64,000 nt of DNA, taken from sequence record OQ718158.1, one strand, 5' to 3'. The notes beneath the pieces were generated by a model, which saw only the letters and a list, made by a program, of their open reading frames with translations, made no database searches and was not told the DNA's origin. Shown here one piece after another: positions 31,474 through 46,564 of this stretch (the first letter of the stretch is position 1; every line of letters begins with the position of its first letter). Made by a program: the position numbers and the translations under genes.

Positions 31474-31488
31474 ATTGTAGTCCCCCTA

Positions 31489-32088
31489 TTATAGTTGTAC
31501 TGGTAGAGCAGCACGAACTTTAATTGCAACAGCGTCAGCCGCAGCAGCATCACCAACACCATCAGTACCTAGAGCAACATAAGATTTGGTACGGAAGAAT
31601 TTAGCTTGTGCAATTGCTTTAGCTAGTTCAACAGTTGGATCAACTGGAACAGAGTAAGCAGCACCTGGGCGAACTTCTTGTTTGTCAAATACGTCTTGAC
31701 GTTCACAGATGAAGGTTAGAGCAACAGAACCAGCACCACCTGCAACATCAGTACCACTAGTACCAAACGCGATTACGTTACCACCAACGGTTTTAAAGTC
31801 AGCAGGGATAACAACAGCGGTGTCTAGAGCTAGTACGGAAGTAGTAACTAGTACTGCACGTTGTTGTAGTAGTTGGGTAATCATGAATTGGTTGTATTGA
31901 GCATTACTGATTGCAGTTTGTAGTGCTTCATCTTGAATTTCGGAACCGTCAGAAGTAACAGCGGTAGTACCAACTTCAACATCTGCTGGTAGATCAACAA
32001 CGATGGTTACGAAACCATTGTTACCACCCCAGTATTCACGAGCAGTAGCAGACATACCATAGTTACGGTTAAAAGAATTAAGACTCAT
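31489..32088 (-). CDS. Abundant virion structural protein (paralog 2)
   Basis: As above; late TAAATA at 32198-32203 on the minus strand. Confidence 0.6.
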   Translation of the reverse strand: MSLNSFNRNYGMSATAREYWGGNNGFVTIVVDLPADVEVGTTAVTSDGSEIQDEALQTAISNAQYNQFMITQLLQQRAVLVTTSVLALDTAVVIPADFKTVGGNVIAFGTSGTDVAGGAGSVALTFICERQDVFDKQEVRPGAAYSVPVDPTVELAKAIAQAKFFRTKSYVALGTDGVGDAAAADAVAIKVRAALPVQL

Positions 32089-32211
32089 AAAAATCTCCTT
32101 GTCAAATTTTGTGCAGGAACACCCTGCTTAATATTATTTATCAAAAAATATAAACCACATTTAAATTTAAGGCAATATTCCCTGATCTCTATGATATTAT
32201 TTATCAAATCT

Positions 32212-37466
<5,255 letters not shown>

Positions 37467-37514
37467 GATGTTTGTCAGGGCAATGAGCCTTGACAAACAG
37501 AGTAAAAAAACCTT

Positions 37515-37542
37515 GGGACGGTTAAAAATCCCATGATATAAT
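37515..37542 (+). promoter_or_regulatory. GGGACG-N16-TATAAT promoter (ssb operon P2)
   Basis: Tandem motif match. Confidence 0.65.
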
Positions 37543-37629
37543 GTAAATTGTTGATGAGTCAATGAAGACAAATCAACGTTAATAGCCCGTTAAAACTTAA
37601 CAAACAAACTAATGACAAGGAAGCCCAAT

Positions 37630-38679
37630 ATGCAAACTCTAGCTGAAATTCGTGCAAAACTAAAAGCTGAACAAGAAAAAGCAGAAGCACAGAAGAATGG
37701 TACATTTACAGGTGAACGTAAAGCCGATTCTTTCCTAGCTTTCTGGAATGTCCCTTACAATGAACCACTAAACCTACGTTTTCTACCAGATGCTGATGAG
37801 TCTAACCCATTCTTCTGGCGTGAACGCGATATGATCAACCTAACGTTCCAAGGTATTGTTGGTATGCACACCGATAAAGTTACCGTTCAAGTACCATGTA
37901 ACGAAATGTGGGTTCCTAAATCATGTCCAATTCTTAAAGAAGTACGTCAATGGTTCCAAAGTGCGAATGAAACTGGAAACGAAGAACTGAAAGCAATGGC
38001 TGGTCGTTACTGGAAAAAGAAAACCTATCTAATGCAATGTTTCGTTGCTCCTGATAGCGTAGCAGTAAAAGACGATATTGCTCCAGAAAACCCAATCCGT
38101 CGTATCCTAGCTAACAAAGATATCTTTGATAAAGTTAAATCTATCCTGCTAAACCCAGGCATCAAAGAACTACCAACTCACTACATTCACGGTCGTGACT
38201 TTGGTATTGTTAAAACTAAGAATGGTGGTGGTTACAATAGCTATGACATGTCTCAATTCTCTATGTCCGAGCGTCCACTCAATGAAGAAGAACTGGCAGC
38301 GATTGAAAAGTTTGGTCTATATAATCTAAATGATTTTATGCCAAAACAACCAACTCCAGAAGAACTAAAAGCTATCGAAGAAATGTTCGAAGCATCTGTT
38401 GATGGTAAACCTTATGACCCTGCACGTTGGGCTTTCGCTTACCGTCCAGCAGGTGTACAAAAACCAACAACTGGTACTATTAGTGAAAACAAACCTGCTC
38501 CACAAGCTCCAGTACAACAACCTGCTCCTGTACAAACTCCTGCTCCGCAAGCACCAGTAGCTACTCCTACTCCTGCTGCTGAACCAGTAGCTGCTGCACC
38601 AGCACCAGTAGCTGAAGCTCCAAAAGAACAACTTTCTGCATCTGCACTAGTTGCTCGTTTGAAACAACAAGGTAAGTAA
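37630..38679 (+). CDS. gp32: Single-stranded DNA-binding protein, gp32-like
   Basis: LRFLP, CPI, YWKKKTY, YDMSQF motifs; precedes uvsX. Confidence 0.85.
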   Translation: MQTLAEIRAKLKAEQEKAEAQKNGTFTGERKADSFLAFWNVPYNEPLNLRFLPDADESNPFFWRERDMINLTFQGIVGMHTDKVTVQVPCNEMWVPKSCPILKEVRQWFQSANETGNEELKAMAGRYWKKKTYLMQCFVAPDSVAVKDDIAPENPIRRILANKDIFDKVKSILLNPGIKELPTHYIHGRDFGIVKTKNGGGYNSYDMSQFSMSERPLNEEELAAIEKFGLYNLNDFMPKQPTPEELKAIEEMFEASVDGKPYDPARWAFAYRPAGVQKPTTGTISENKPAPQAPVQQPAPVQTPAPQAPVATPTPAAEPVAAAPAPVAEAPKEQLSASALVARLKQQGK

Positions 38680-38697
38680 TAGTATTTGAAAAGTTAA

Positions 38698-38723
38698 GGG
38701 GCAACGGAGTTTGCCCCGTTTTA
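38698..38723 (+). terminator. Terminator
   Basis: GGGGCAA/TTGCCCC stem followed by a T-rich tract. Confidence 0.7.
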
Positions 38724-38748
38724 TTTCATAAAATTCAAGGAGCGAATT

Positions 38749-39867
38749 ATGAAAATGACAAGTGGTTTTGCAAACATTCTAAAAAATAGTACTGGTAGCG
38801 TTAAAAAGAATACTGGTGTTAGCGTAGGCTTTCATGATCCTGATACATGGATTAGTACTGGTAACTTTGCTTTGAACTATCGTATTAGTGGTTATTTTGA
38901 CCGTGGTATTCCACTAGGTAAAGTAACAATGTTTGCTGGTGAATCTGGTTCTGGTAAATCATTTATCGTTTCTGGAAACATCGCCCGTGAAGCACAACAA
39001 CAAGGTATCTTTGTTGTTATGATTGATTCCGAGAACGCATTGGATTCAGATTGGCTACAAGCACTAGGTGTAGACACTTCAGAAGAAAAACTGCTAAAAG
39101 TAAACATGGGTATGATTGGTGATGTTGCTAAATTTACCTATGAGTTCATCGAAGGGTATCGTAAAGAATACGAAAATACTCCTAAAGAAGAACGTCAAAA
39201 AGTATTATTCATTATCGACTCAATTGGTATGTTGAATACTGAAGTTGCTAATGACCAGATGAAAGCTGGTAACTTGAAAGGTGATATGGGTCACAAACCT
39301 AAACAGCTTAAAGCTTACATCACCAACTGCGTAAACTCGATTGGTTCACTTAACATTGGTATGGTTTGTGTAAACCATAGTTATGAATCCCAAGATATGT
39401 TCAACCCTGATCCAAAAGTATCTGGTGGTAGTGGTTTGATTTATGCATCTTCTATGGTTATCGCAATGGGTAAACTAAAACTTAAAGAAGATGAAGAAGG
39501 CAACAAGACTTCAGATGTAAGTGGTATTCGTTCTAAATGTAAAGTCATGAAGACTCGTTACAACAAACCATTTGAAGATGTTGAGATTAAAATTCCTTGG
39601 GATAAAGGTATGGACCCACGCAGTGGTCTACTAGATATGTTCGAGAAATATGAACTTATCGTTAAATCTGGTAACCGTCTAATGTACGTTGATATTGACA
39701 CTGGTGAACAGATTCTAAAATATCGTAAAGAATGGATGCGTAATGAAGATTCTTGCCTTGATTTAGTTATGAATCAATTCAAACGTCACCCTTTGATTGA
39801 AGAAGTCAAAGAAGAAGAAAAAGGTGATGAATCATTTGGTACTGATATTGGAAGTAGTGAGGAATAA
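38749..39867 (+). CDS. uvsX: RecA-like recombinase
   Basis: GESGSGKS Walker A, IDSE, IIDSIG, SGGSGLIYASS. Confidence 0.93.
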   Translation: MKMTSGFANILKNSTGSVKKNTGVSVGFHDPDTWISTGNFALNYRISGYFDRGIPLGKVTMFAGESGSGKSFIVSGNIAREAQQQGIFVVMIDSENALDSDWLQALGVDTSEEKLLKVNMGMIGDVAKFTYEFIEGYRKEYENTPKEERQKVLFIIDSIGMLNTEVANDQMKAGNLKGDMGHKPKQLKAYITNCVNSIGSLNIGMVCVNHSYESQDMFNPDPKVSGGSGLIYASSMVIAMGKLKLKEDEEGNKTSDVSGIRSKCKVMKTRYNKPFEDVEIKIPWDKGMDPRSGLLDMFEKYELIVKSGNRLMYVDIDTGEQILKYRKEWMRNEDSCLDLVMNQFKRHPLIEEVKEEEKGDESFGTDIGSSEE

Positions 39868-40328
39868 TGAAACCTTGGCATTGGATCATCAAAGATGATA
39901 AATCTAAAATAATCGACATGATTGAACACTTCGAAAAAGAAACTGAAGAAGCTCGTCGTGAAGTTAAAAAGATTGGCATCATTGAAAAGATTGCTCAGGA
40001 GATTCCAGGCTGGCATGAGACTCGTCTCAGTCAGCTTCAAGAACTAGAAGCGGTACTTGAAATGCTAGAAATTGAAATGCGTCAACTACAAGCTGAAAAG
40101 TTTAAATATTTCCTTGAAGCATATCGTCGAGCACTATCATCTTCTGACTGTAAAAAGTATGTTGAAGGTGATAAAGAAGTTTGTGAATTATCCGAACTAA
40201 TAAATGAAGTATCATATATCCGTAATACGTTTTCCAGTATTGTTAAATCCTTAGAGATGAAAGCTTTTCAGTTAAACAATATTGTGAGACTACGTGCTGC
40301 TGGTATTGAAGATGCACGTTTAGAATAA
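39867..40328 (+). CDS. uvsY: Recombination mediator UvsY-like
   Basis: Helical protein after uvsX; KYVEGD...FQLNNIVRLR. Confidence 0.75.
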   Translation: MKPWHWIIKDDKSKIIDMIEHFEKETEEARREVKKIGIIEKIAQEIPGWHETRLSQLQELEAVLEMLEIEMRQLQAEKFKYFLEAYRRALSSSDCKKYVEGDKEVCELSELINEVSYIRNTFSSIVKSLEMKAFQLNNIVRLRAAGIEDARLE

Positions 40329-40336
40329 CTATCCAT

Positions 40337-40360
40337 AAGGACGCATTACGCGTCCTTTTT
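40337..40360 (+). terminator. Terminator
   Basis: AAGGACGC/GCGTCCTT stem plus T run. Confidence 0.78.
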
Positions 40361-40375
40361 CTATGCGAGAATAAA

Positions 40376-41194
40376 ATGACAAAATTAGATGAGTTCCTAT
40401 CAAACGTATCAGTACTAGACACCGAAACAACTGGTGTCGAAAGTGAAGATGATATTATTGAATTTAGTATTTCATATCCTCACGATGCACATGAGAATAT
40501 TGATACTATTGATAACTACACTTTGCGTTATAAACCACTAAAAGATATACCACCAGAAGCAAGTGCTGTGCATTTTATCAGTACTGAAGATGTAGCAAAC
40601 TGCATTGGTTATAAAGATGACTTAGAAAACATTGACGCACTAATGGGGTGTCGTAATTATTTTATTGGACACAACGTTCAATTTGACCGCCGAATGATGG
40701 TAGATAACGAATATAAATATCGTAACTCAGTTTCGCAGTACTTGCTCGATGAAGATAAATGGATTTGTACCCTTCGTTTAGCTAAGAAGATGTTTGCAGA
40801 AGACACTGAATTCAAAAACTTAACTCTAAGTTATTTGTGGTATAAATTTGGTTGCTATCGTGATGTACATCGTGCAGTCAATGCTCACGCAGCAAAAGAT
40901 GACGTGTTTATGTGTTATCAAGTTCTAATCAAATTGATTGAAGTTGCGATTGAACGTGGACATATTGACCCTAATGGTGACATTGGTGAACAAATCGTAA
41001 CATTCTGTAATACACCAATGCGTTATAAATTCATGCCATTTGGTAAACACAAAGGCGAACCAATGGAAACTGTTCCATTGAACTATATTGAATGGATGAT
41101 TACTAACAGTGATATCCTTGATGCAAGTAACCCAAACTGTGATAAAGATTTAGTATATACATTTGAGTACGAATATAATACTCGAACTAATTAA
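40376..41194 (+). CDS. DEDDh 3'-5' exonuclease (ExoX/epsilon-like)
   Basis: LDTETTG, GHNVQFD, HAAKDD; C-terminal MPFGKHKG. Confidence 0.88.
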   Translation: MTKLDEFLSNVSVLDTETTGVESEDDIIEFSISYPHDAHENIDTIDNYTLRYKPLKDIPPEASAVHFISTEDVANCIGYKDDLENIDALMGCRNYFIGHNVQFDRRMMVDNEYKYRNSVSQYLLDEDKWICTLRLAKKMFAEDTEFKNLTLSYLWYKFGCYRDVHRAVNAHAAKDDVFMCYQVLIKLIEVAIERGHIDPNGDIGEQIVTFCNTPMRYKFMPFGKHKGEPMETVPLNYIEWMITNSDILDASNPNCDKDLVYTFEYEYNTRTN

Positions 41195-41209
41195 TAAAGG
41201 TATTCATGG

Positions 41210-42694
41210 ATGAAAACTTGTAAGCTAACCTTACTGGACGAGGTTAATTGTAAATTTGAGGGACTAGATCCCTCAATTCGTCAGAAGATGATTCGTGCAA
41301 CAGAATATGTACTCCCATACGCTAAGTTCACCCCTGCTGGTCGTATTGGTCGTTGGGATGGTAAGGTACAGTTTATGAACTTAGGTGGTAGTACTTACTA
41401 CCACATGTTGGATAAGTTGTTGCCAATCTTAGATGAAGCAAAAATTGATATTGAACTTGAAGATCATCGTGTCAATTATGGATTCAATTTTGAACCAATT
41501 GATGAAGATATTTTTAGTGATGTTGTGTTTGGTGCTGGACACCACATGGAAGGTAAGTCAATCAAGCTCAGAGAGCATCAGGTGAACGCAGTTAATGCTT
41601 GCCTTGCAAACCCACATGGTTTATTATTAGCAGCTACAGGGGCTGGTAAAACGCTCATCACAGCGGCATTATCCAAGAAGGTACAAGAGTATGGACGTTC
41701 TGTGATTATCGTACCTAGTACTGATTTGGTGCAGCAAACATATGATGACTATGTTATGTGTGGTCTTGACACTGGAGTGTTCTATGGTGCACAGAAAGAC
41801 TTTGGTCACCAACACACAATCACTACCTGGCAGTCATTCAACTCTTTGTGGAAGAAAACAAAGAAAGGTGAAATTGAACTGACTGAACAAGACGTTCATG
41901 ACTTTATTGATGGTGTGGTTTGTGTGATTGTCGATGAGTGTCAAGGTGCTGGTGGTGATGCATTAGTTCAAGTACTCTCTAAAGTTATGAATAACGTCCC
42001 ACTTCGCTGGGGATTAACTGGTACAATCCCTAAAGACCAAGTTGTCGCTGCGAAGATTAAATGTAACGTTGGTGATGTGATATTTAAAATCACAGCTAAA
42101 GAATTACAAGATAAAAAAATACTAAGCACATGTAATGTGAACTGTATTAAACTTAAAAGTAATTTAAAGTTCGCGTCATATGCAGAAGAATTGAAGTACT
42201 TAGTTACTGACCGTGATAGAATGGCATATGTAGCATCACTGATAGGTGCGTTAGCAGAATCTGGAAACACGTTAGTACTGGTTGATAGACTTGAAGCTGG
42301 TGAATTGCTTTGTGAATTTTTGGGTATTCCTAAGTCAGAATTTGTTCGTGGGGAAACCAAAAAGAAAGACCGTGAATCTTCATATGGTGAAATTCGCTGG
42401 GCTGATAACAAAATACTCATTGCAACCTATGGGGTAGCAAGTACTGGTATCAGTATTTCTCGTTTGTATAATGTCGTTCTAATCGAACCAGGAAAAAGCT
42501 TCGTTCGTACAATACAGTCCATTGGTCGTGGGTTGCGTCGTGCAGAAGACAAAGACCACGTGGAAATCTTTGATATCAGTGGTACAAACAAATATAGTGC
42601 AAAACACTTACGTGAACGTTTACAATACTATAAGGAAGCACAATATCCTCATAGTATCATAGATGTTAAGGATTGGGAAAATACAGCGGGATAA
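41210..42694 (+). CDS. uvsW: UvsW-like SF2 helicase
   Basis: ATGAGKT, DECQ, GLTGT, QSIGRGLR. Confidence 0.9.
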   Translation: MKTCKLTLLDEVNCKFEGLDPSIRQKMIRATEYVLPYAKFTPAGRIGRWDGKVQFMNLGGSTYYHMLDKLLPILDEAKIDIELEDHRVNYGFNFEPIDEDIFSDVVFGAGHHMEGKSIKLREHQVNAVNACLANPHGLLLAATGAGKTLITAALSKKVQEYGRSVIIVPSTDLVQQTYDDYVMCGLDTGVFYGAQKDFGHQHTITTWQSFNSLWKKTKKGEIELTEQDVHDFIDGVVCVIVDECQGAGGDALVQVLSKVMNNVPLRWGLTGTIPKDQVVAAKIKCNVGDVIFKITAKELQDKKILSTCNVNCIKLKSNLKFASYAEELKYLVTDRDRMAYVASLIGALAESGNTLVLVDRLEAGELLCEFLGIPKSEFVRGETKKKDRESSYGEIRWADNKILIATYGVASTGISISRLYNVVLIEPGKSFVRTIQSIGRGLRRAEDKDHVEIFDISGTNKYSAKHLRERLQYYKEAQYPHSIIDVKDWENTAG

Positions 42695-42715
42695 TCCCGC
42701 TGTACATGATATAAT
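42688..42715 (+). promoter_or_regulatory. GGGATA-N16-TATAAT promoter overlapping a hairpin
   Basis: Motif variant; CAGCGGG/CCCGCTG inverted repeat covers the -35 element. Confidence 0.55.
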
Positions 42716-42750
42716 GTGTCGTATGACAACAACAAGGAAGTAAAATAAAA

Positions 42751-43179
42751 ATGGAATTAAGATCTAGTATTGCTTTTATCTGTGACCAAGAAACGTTAGA
42801 TGTAATTGATGTATTGTTGAATGATGATGGTATTATGGATGACATGGTATCTTCACTTGACTATATACCTGAACTAGAAACTGACGATACTAATGTTTGG
42901 AGATGTAATATTGACACTAATTCATGGATTAATATCTATGAATTGCAAACCAGAATTGACTCGAAAGTTGAATCATTAAAATATGATATCATCTATGCAA
43001 GTACTGATACTACAACGTTTATTGATGTTGTTAGTCTTAGTGGTAATTTTGATTCTTACTTAGATACCGATGTTGATAAGATTCAAGAAATGTGTGAAAC
43101 GTATGGTCTTGAATTCTATGGTACATCCGATGAAGATGAAGAAGATTACTACGATGAAGATGAAGATTCCCAGTACTAA
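42751..43179 (+). CDS. Acidic hypothetical protein
   Basis: ORF with RBS. Confidence 0.7.
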   Translation: MELRSSIAFICDQETLDVIDVLLNDDGIMDDMVSSLDYIPELETDDTNVWRCNIDTNSWINIYELQTRIDSKVESLKYDIIYASTDTTTFIDVVSLSGNFDSYLDTDVDKIQEMCETYGLEFYGTSDEDEEDYYDEDEDSQY

Positions 43180-43188
43180 GGAGATGAG

Positions 43189-43686
43189 ATGAACGTATTA
43201 ACCCCAGAAAATAATTCATTTGATATGGATTTAGTAACTGAACACATTCCATCAGAAATGTATTGTGTTTTAGATTTGAGTCCAAACGGTGACTCTGACT
43301 TTTATTTTCGCCACATTTTGAACACTGTATCATTTAATAGTATCAGTGCTGATTTGCAGATTGGTGAAAAGGTTATCCAAGTACCATTGGGTTGGCAAAT
43401 CATGTTGGGTGATGAAGAGACGGGTATGGTTGAGATGTGTACCATTGAAAACATTCTTAATATGAAAGAACCAAAAGCTTTTGTTTACAATCCAATCCGT
43501 TCGATGTATCCTAAGTTCGAACCTGTAAAAGTACTGCGTGTATTCGCACTCACTACTAAGTGGCAGATCCCTATGCTGCCTAAGAAGAACTTACTATGTG
43601 TTCCTCTGCACAGTGGTGATAATCCACCTTGTGTTTACTTTGCAGATGAGAACGAGAAAATTCAAGATTTGTATCTAGGAGTGTAA
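43189..43686 (+). CDS. Hypothetical beta-rich protein (possible Hint-like fold)
   Basis: AGGAG RBS; the fold guess is weak. Confidence 0.6.
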   Translation: MNVLTPENNSFDMDLVTEHIPSEMYCVLDLSPNGDSDFYFRHILNTVSFNSISADLQIGEKVIQVPLGWQIMLGDEETGMVEMCTIENILNMKEPKAFVYNPIRSMYPKFEPVKVLRVFALTTKWQIPMLPKKNLLCVPLHSGDNPPCVYFADENEKIQDLYLGV

Positions 43687-43688
43687 TA

Positions 43689-44534
43689 GTGTTAGATTTC
43701 AGTAATATTAAAGCTAAGTCAGCAGACGAAAACGATAAACCAACCCAGCATACATTTTCTATTGCTGAATTTCTAAAACATATTGACCGTGCAGATTACA
43801 AATACTATAATGACATGACCGAAGATGAGCGTAAGGAATTTACGCCTTATACTGTACTTCGTTGGGTAAGTTCACTTGATGACTCACTTCAAGTAACTTT
43901 CCCTAGTAGTAAAGTGGAAAACGTATTTGGTAAGTGGAAAGCTGGTGGCAAAGAAGCACTCACTGAACTTGTCAAAGAACTCAATAGTACTGGTGTTAAT
44001 GTAACATCAGTTACTAAGTACTGTCACAGTGACTATGATTGGCGTATCAAGTTTGCCGTACAAAGCAATGATGATGCTAACAAGTTGATTGCAGCAATGA
44101 CTGAATTTAGTATTGCTGGTGGACAGATCATCTCATTGGTTGACAGTGACGTTGTACGTTATCAGTTGATTATGTTGAATGATATGGTTAATGATGGGTT
44201 CTGGGACATGAAAGAACACCCTGAACTTGTATATCAACTACTATGTTCTGTTCATGATATGTTGGGTGGTAAGGAATTGCCACGAAACTGGTTAAACTTT
44301 TCCAAGAGTTTTAAGCGTGCTAATAATGAATTATTTGAACTCATTAAAAGTACACAGCCAGATTCAATCGCAACTCAAATGAACGAAGATGAATATAAAA
44401 TTGTTTTGTTGCAATATAACAAAAAAACATTCGAGTCTTTCCTTGAAGATATAGGTTTGCAAGAGAAAGAAATGAAATCAATGATGAAATTATTTAAAGA
44501 AGAATGTAAGAAATATGGCAAAGAAATCAAGTAG
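43689..44534 (+). CDS. Possible clamp-loader small subunit (gp62-like)
   Basis: FTPYTVLRWVS motif; replication context. Confidence 0.4.
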   Translation: MLDFSNIKAKSADENDKPTQHTFSIAEFLKHIDRADYKYYNDMTEDERKEFTPYTVLRWVSSLDDSLQVTFPSSKVENVFGKWKAGGKEALTELVKELNSTGVNVTSVTKYCHSDYDWRIKFAVQSNDDANKLIAAMTEFSIAGGQIISLVDSDVVRYQLIMLNDMVNDGFWDMKEHPELVYQLLCSVHDMLGGKELPRNWLNFSKSFKRANNELFELIKSTQPDSIATQMNEDEYKIVLLQYNKKTFESFLEDIGLQEKEMKSMMKLFKEECKKYGKEIK

Positions 44535-45225
44535 TCCCGTATACAAATGTAAGTTCTGTGATAAAGAATTTAAACGCGAAGACACAGTTAACACACATAA
44601 GTGTGTTAAACGTGACCGCTATGAAGATCGTGATAGCCGCCCCATGAGGGAGGCTTTTCGCATTTATATGCAATTCATGGAGTTAAACCATTTCCCTTTC
44701 AAGAAGGGAGTTGAACCATTAATGGCTTTTATAAAATCAAAGTACTTTAGTGATTTTTATGATTTTGCAATTTATTATTTGAACAACCGTGATATTTTAG
44801 ATATTGATGGTTTTGTAAAAAGTCTAATTGTAAGAAACCGTCCTATTATAGAATGGAGTACTTATAAAGCAAAGGATGAATGGATATTAGATTGTATTCG
44901 TTCAGAATCTCCCAATGCTGCGGTTTCCCGTAGTGTTGTTGCGATGGTGGAATGGGGTCAGAATCTGAACTTGGAGTGGAATAAGTTTTTTTCCAATGTG
45001 AGTTCTGCCCGTGCAATTGCATGGATTGAGAGTGGTAAGATTTCACCTTGGATTATCTGGTTAGCACCAAAAGAAAGTACTAATAAGTTTTTCAAGAATC
45101 TCTCTAACTCTGAAATCGAGTATATACTTAAATACATTGATCCTAGTTACTTTGAGGTTAAAACTATAAAGTACAAAAAGGAATGTGATGAAATAAAAAG
45201 TATGCTACGTGAGGCTGGATTATGA
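44515..45225 (+). CDS. C2H2 zinc-finger protein
   Basis: YKCKFCDKEFKREDTVNTHKC. Confidence 0.7.
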   Translation: MAKKSSSPVYKCKFCDKEFKREDTVNTHKCVKRDRYEDRDSRPMREAFRIYMQFMELNHFPFKKGVEPLMAFIKSKYFSDFYDFAIYYLNNRDILDIDGFVKSLIVRNRPIIEWSTYKAKDEWILDCIRSESPNAAVSRSVVAMVEWGQNLNLEWNKFFSNVSSARAIAWIESGKISPWIIWLAPKESTNKFFKNLSNSEIEYILKYIDPSYFEVKTIKYKKECDEIKSMLREAGL

Positions 45226-45551
45226 ATGGAAAAAGTATATATAATAAAATACCAGAAGGGTATGTACCTGTACCAAAAGCAGATAAATCTAAATCTTTAT
45301 CATTGCTTAGACAGGGTTCTATAACTGAAATTACACTTGATGGTAAAACCTTTCAGGTGCACGATCCTGTTCGTGTAGAAAAAATTATCAGTATGGTTGA
45401 AAGACATGAGGAAAGATTCTTTGGTCTAAGTCAAGAGTTGTCAAAGACCAAACAAAAGTGTACAATGTTAGAAAATCAGGTAACCAAATTATCTAACACT
45501 GTAAACAAATTGCAGGAGCAAATCAAAAATGCAGGATTCGACAAATTCTAA
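45222..45551 (+). CDS. Coiled-coil hypothetical protein
   Basis: Translationally coupled ORF. Confidence 0.65.
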   Translation: MNGKSIYNKIPEGYVPVPKADKSKSLSLLRQGSITEITLDGKTFQVHDPVRVEKIISMVERHEERFFGLSQELSKTKQKCTMLENQVTKLSNTVNKLQEQIKNAGFDKF

Positions 45552-46167
45552 TTCGTACCGTAAAGCACGAACAGATATCGACATTGACTTCAAAGATAGT
45601 AAGTCAGTGATTGCACAGCTTCCTTGTGTGCGAAGTACAGAAAAAATTACGGAGGATGGTTTAATCCCCCATAACAGTGGTGTTCATTTTGATAATATAC
45701 CAATTGACCCTATCACTGGTTTATCCAGCATACAATATAAAGAAGCCGAACGCTTGGGGTATCAAAAGGTAGATATCCTGTCACAATCGGCTTACCAGTA
45801 TGTTCGTGATAGAGCACATTTAAAAGAACTAATGAATCAGGAACCTAATTGGGATCTTCTGTTAGAACCAGAAATAGTTGAACATCTTTCACAGATTAAA
45901 AAACACGTTACATTATTAAATGTGTGGAAACCTAAATCCATTGATGAACTTGCAATGTTTATTGCAATGATTCGTCCTGGAAAAAGGCAGTGCCAAAGTA
46001 TGAATACATGGAGTGAAGTTGAATCCACTATATGGGATTACAGTACTATTGGCACAGACCAAGCAGGAAATAAGTTACGATATTTCAAAAAGCCACATGC
46101 TTATGCATACAGCTTAATGATTGTAGTTCAACTTAACGCTTTAGTTGAACATCTTACTTCTTCTTAA
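45529..46167 (+). CDS. Minimal DnaE (Pol III alpha/C-family)-like protein, 212 aa
   Basis: TDIDIDF, HNSGVHF, GYQKVDILS, IAMIRPG, FKKPHAYAY correspond to DnaE palm/thumb motifs. Confidence 0.8.
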   Translation: MQDSTNSNSYRKARTDIDIDFKDSKSVIAQLPCVRSTEKITEDGLIPHNSGVHFDNIPIDPITGLSSIQYKEAERLGYQKVDILSQSAYQYVRDRAHLKELMNQEPNWDLLLEPEIVEHLSQIKKHVTLLNVWKPKSIDELAMFIAMIRPGKRQCQSMNTWSEVESTIWDYSTIGTDQAGNKLRYFKKPHAYAYSLMIVVQLNALVEHLTSS

Positions 46168-46507
46168 GAGCCACATTACGACGCTTGATGCGTTTTTGTG
46201 GCAAATCACTTAAAGAAACTACTGGACCACAAACGAAATTCACCGCAGGGGTATCGAATCTCTGTGTGTAAGGTTCAAATTTCTCCATCTCTTCTTGGAA
46301 GAATAGACAGACTGGAATTGACCTGTTGCTTTGCCACCACCAATCATGTGCTATACCCAACAATTCATCTTGCATTGGTTCATCCATATCATCAAAGCAG
46401 TAAAGAGTAGTATACTGTTTACTTTTTATCTTGATAATACCAATGAAAGTTTTACCATCACACTGAACTACCGTGATAAATGGTGGAATAGTATTATATT
46501 GATTCAT
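46154..46507 (-). CDS. Hypothetical protein
   Basis: Convergent ORF with plausible codon usage. Confidence 0.65.
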   Translation of the reverse strand: MNQYNTIPPFITVVQCDGKTFIGIIKIKSKQYTTLYCFDDMDEPMQDELLGIAHDWWWQSNRSIPVCLFFQEEMEKFEPYTQRFDTPAVNFVCGPVVSLSDLPQKRIKRRNVALKKK

Positions 46508-46564
46508 ATGAGTTCCATAAATATTAGTATAAATTTATACCTATTATTTATGGAAGGAAAAACT

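Noticed and set aside
41930-41950. UvsW motif II DECQ instead of DECH
   Set aside because: All other SF2 motifs are intact; probably ordinary variation.
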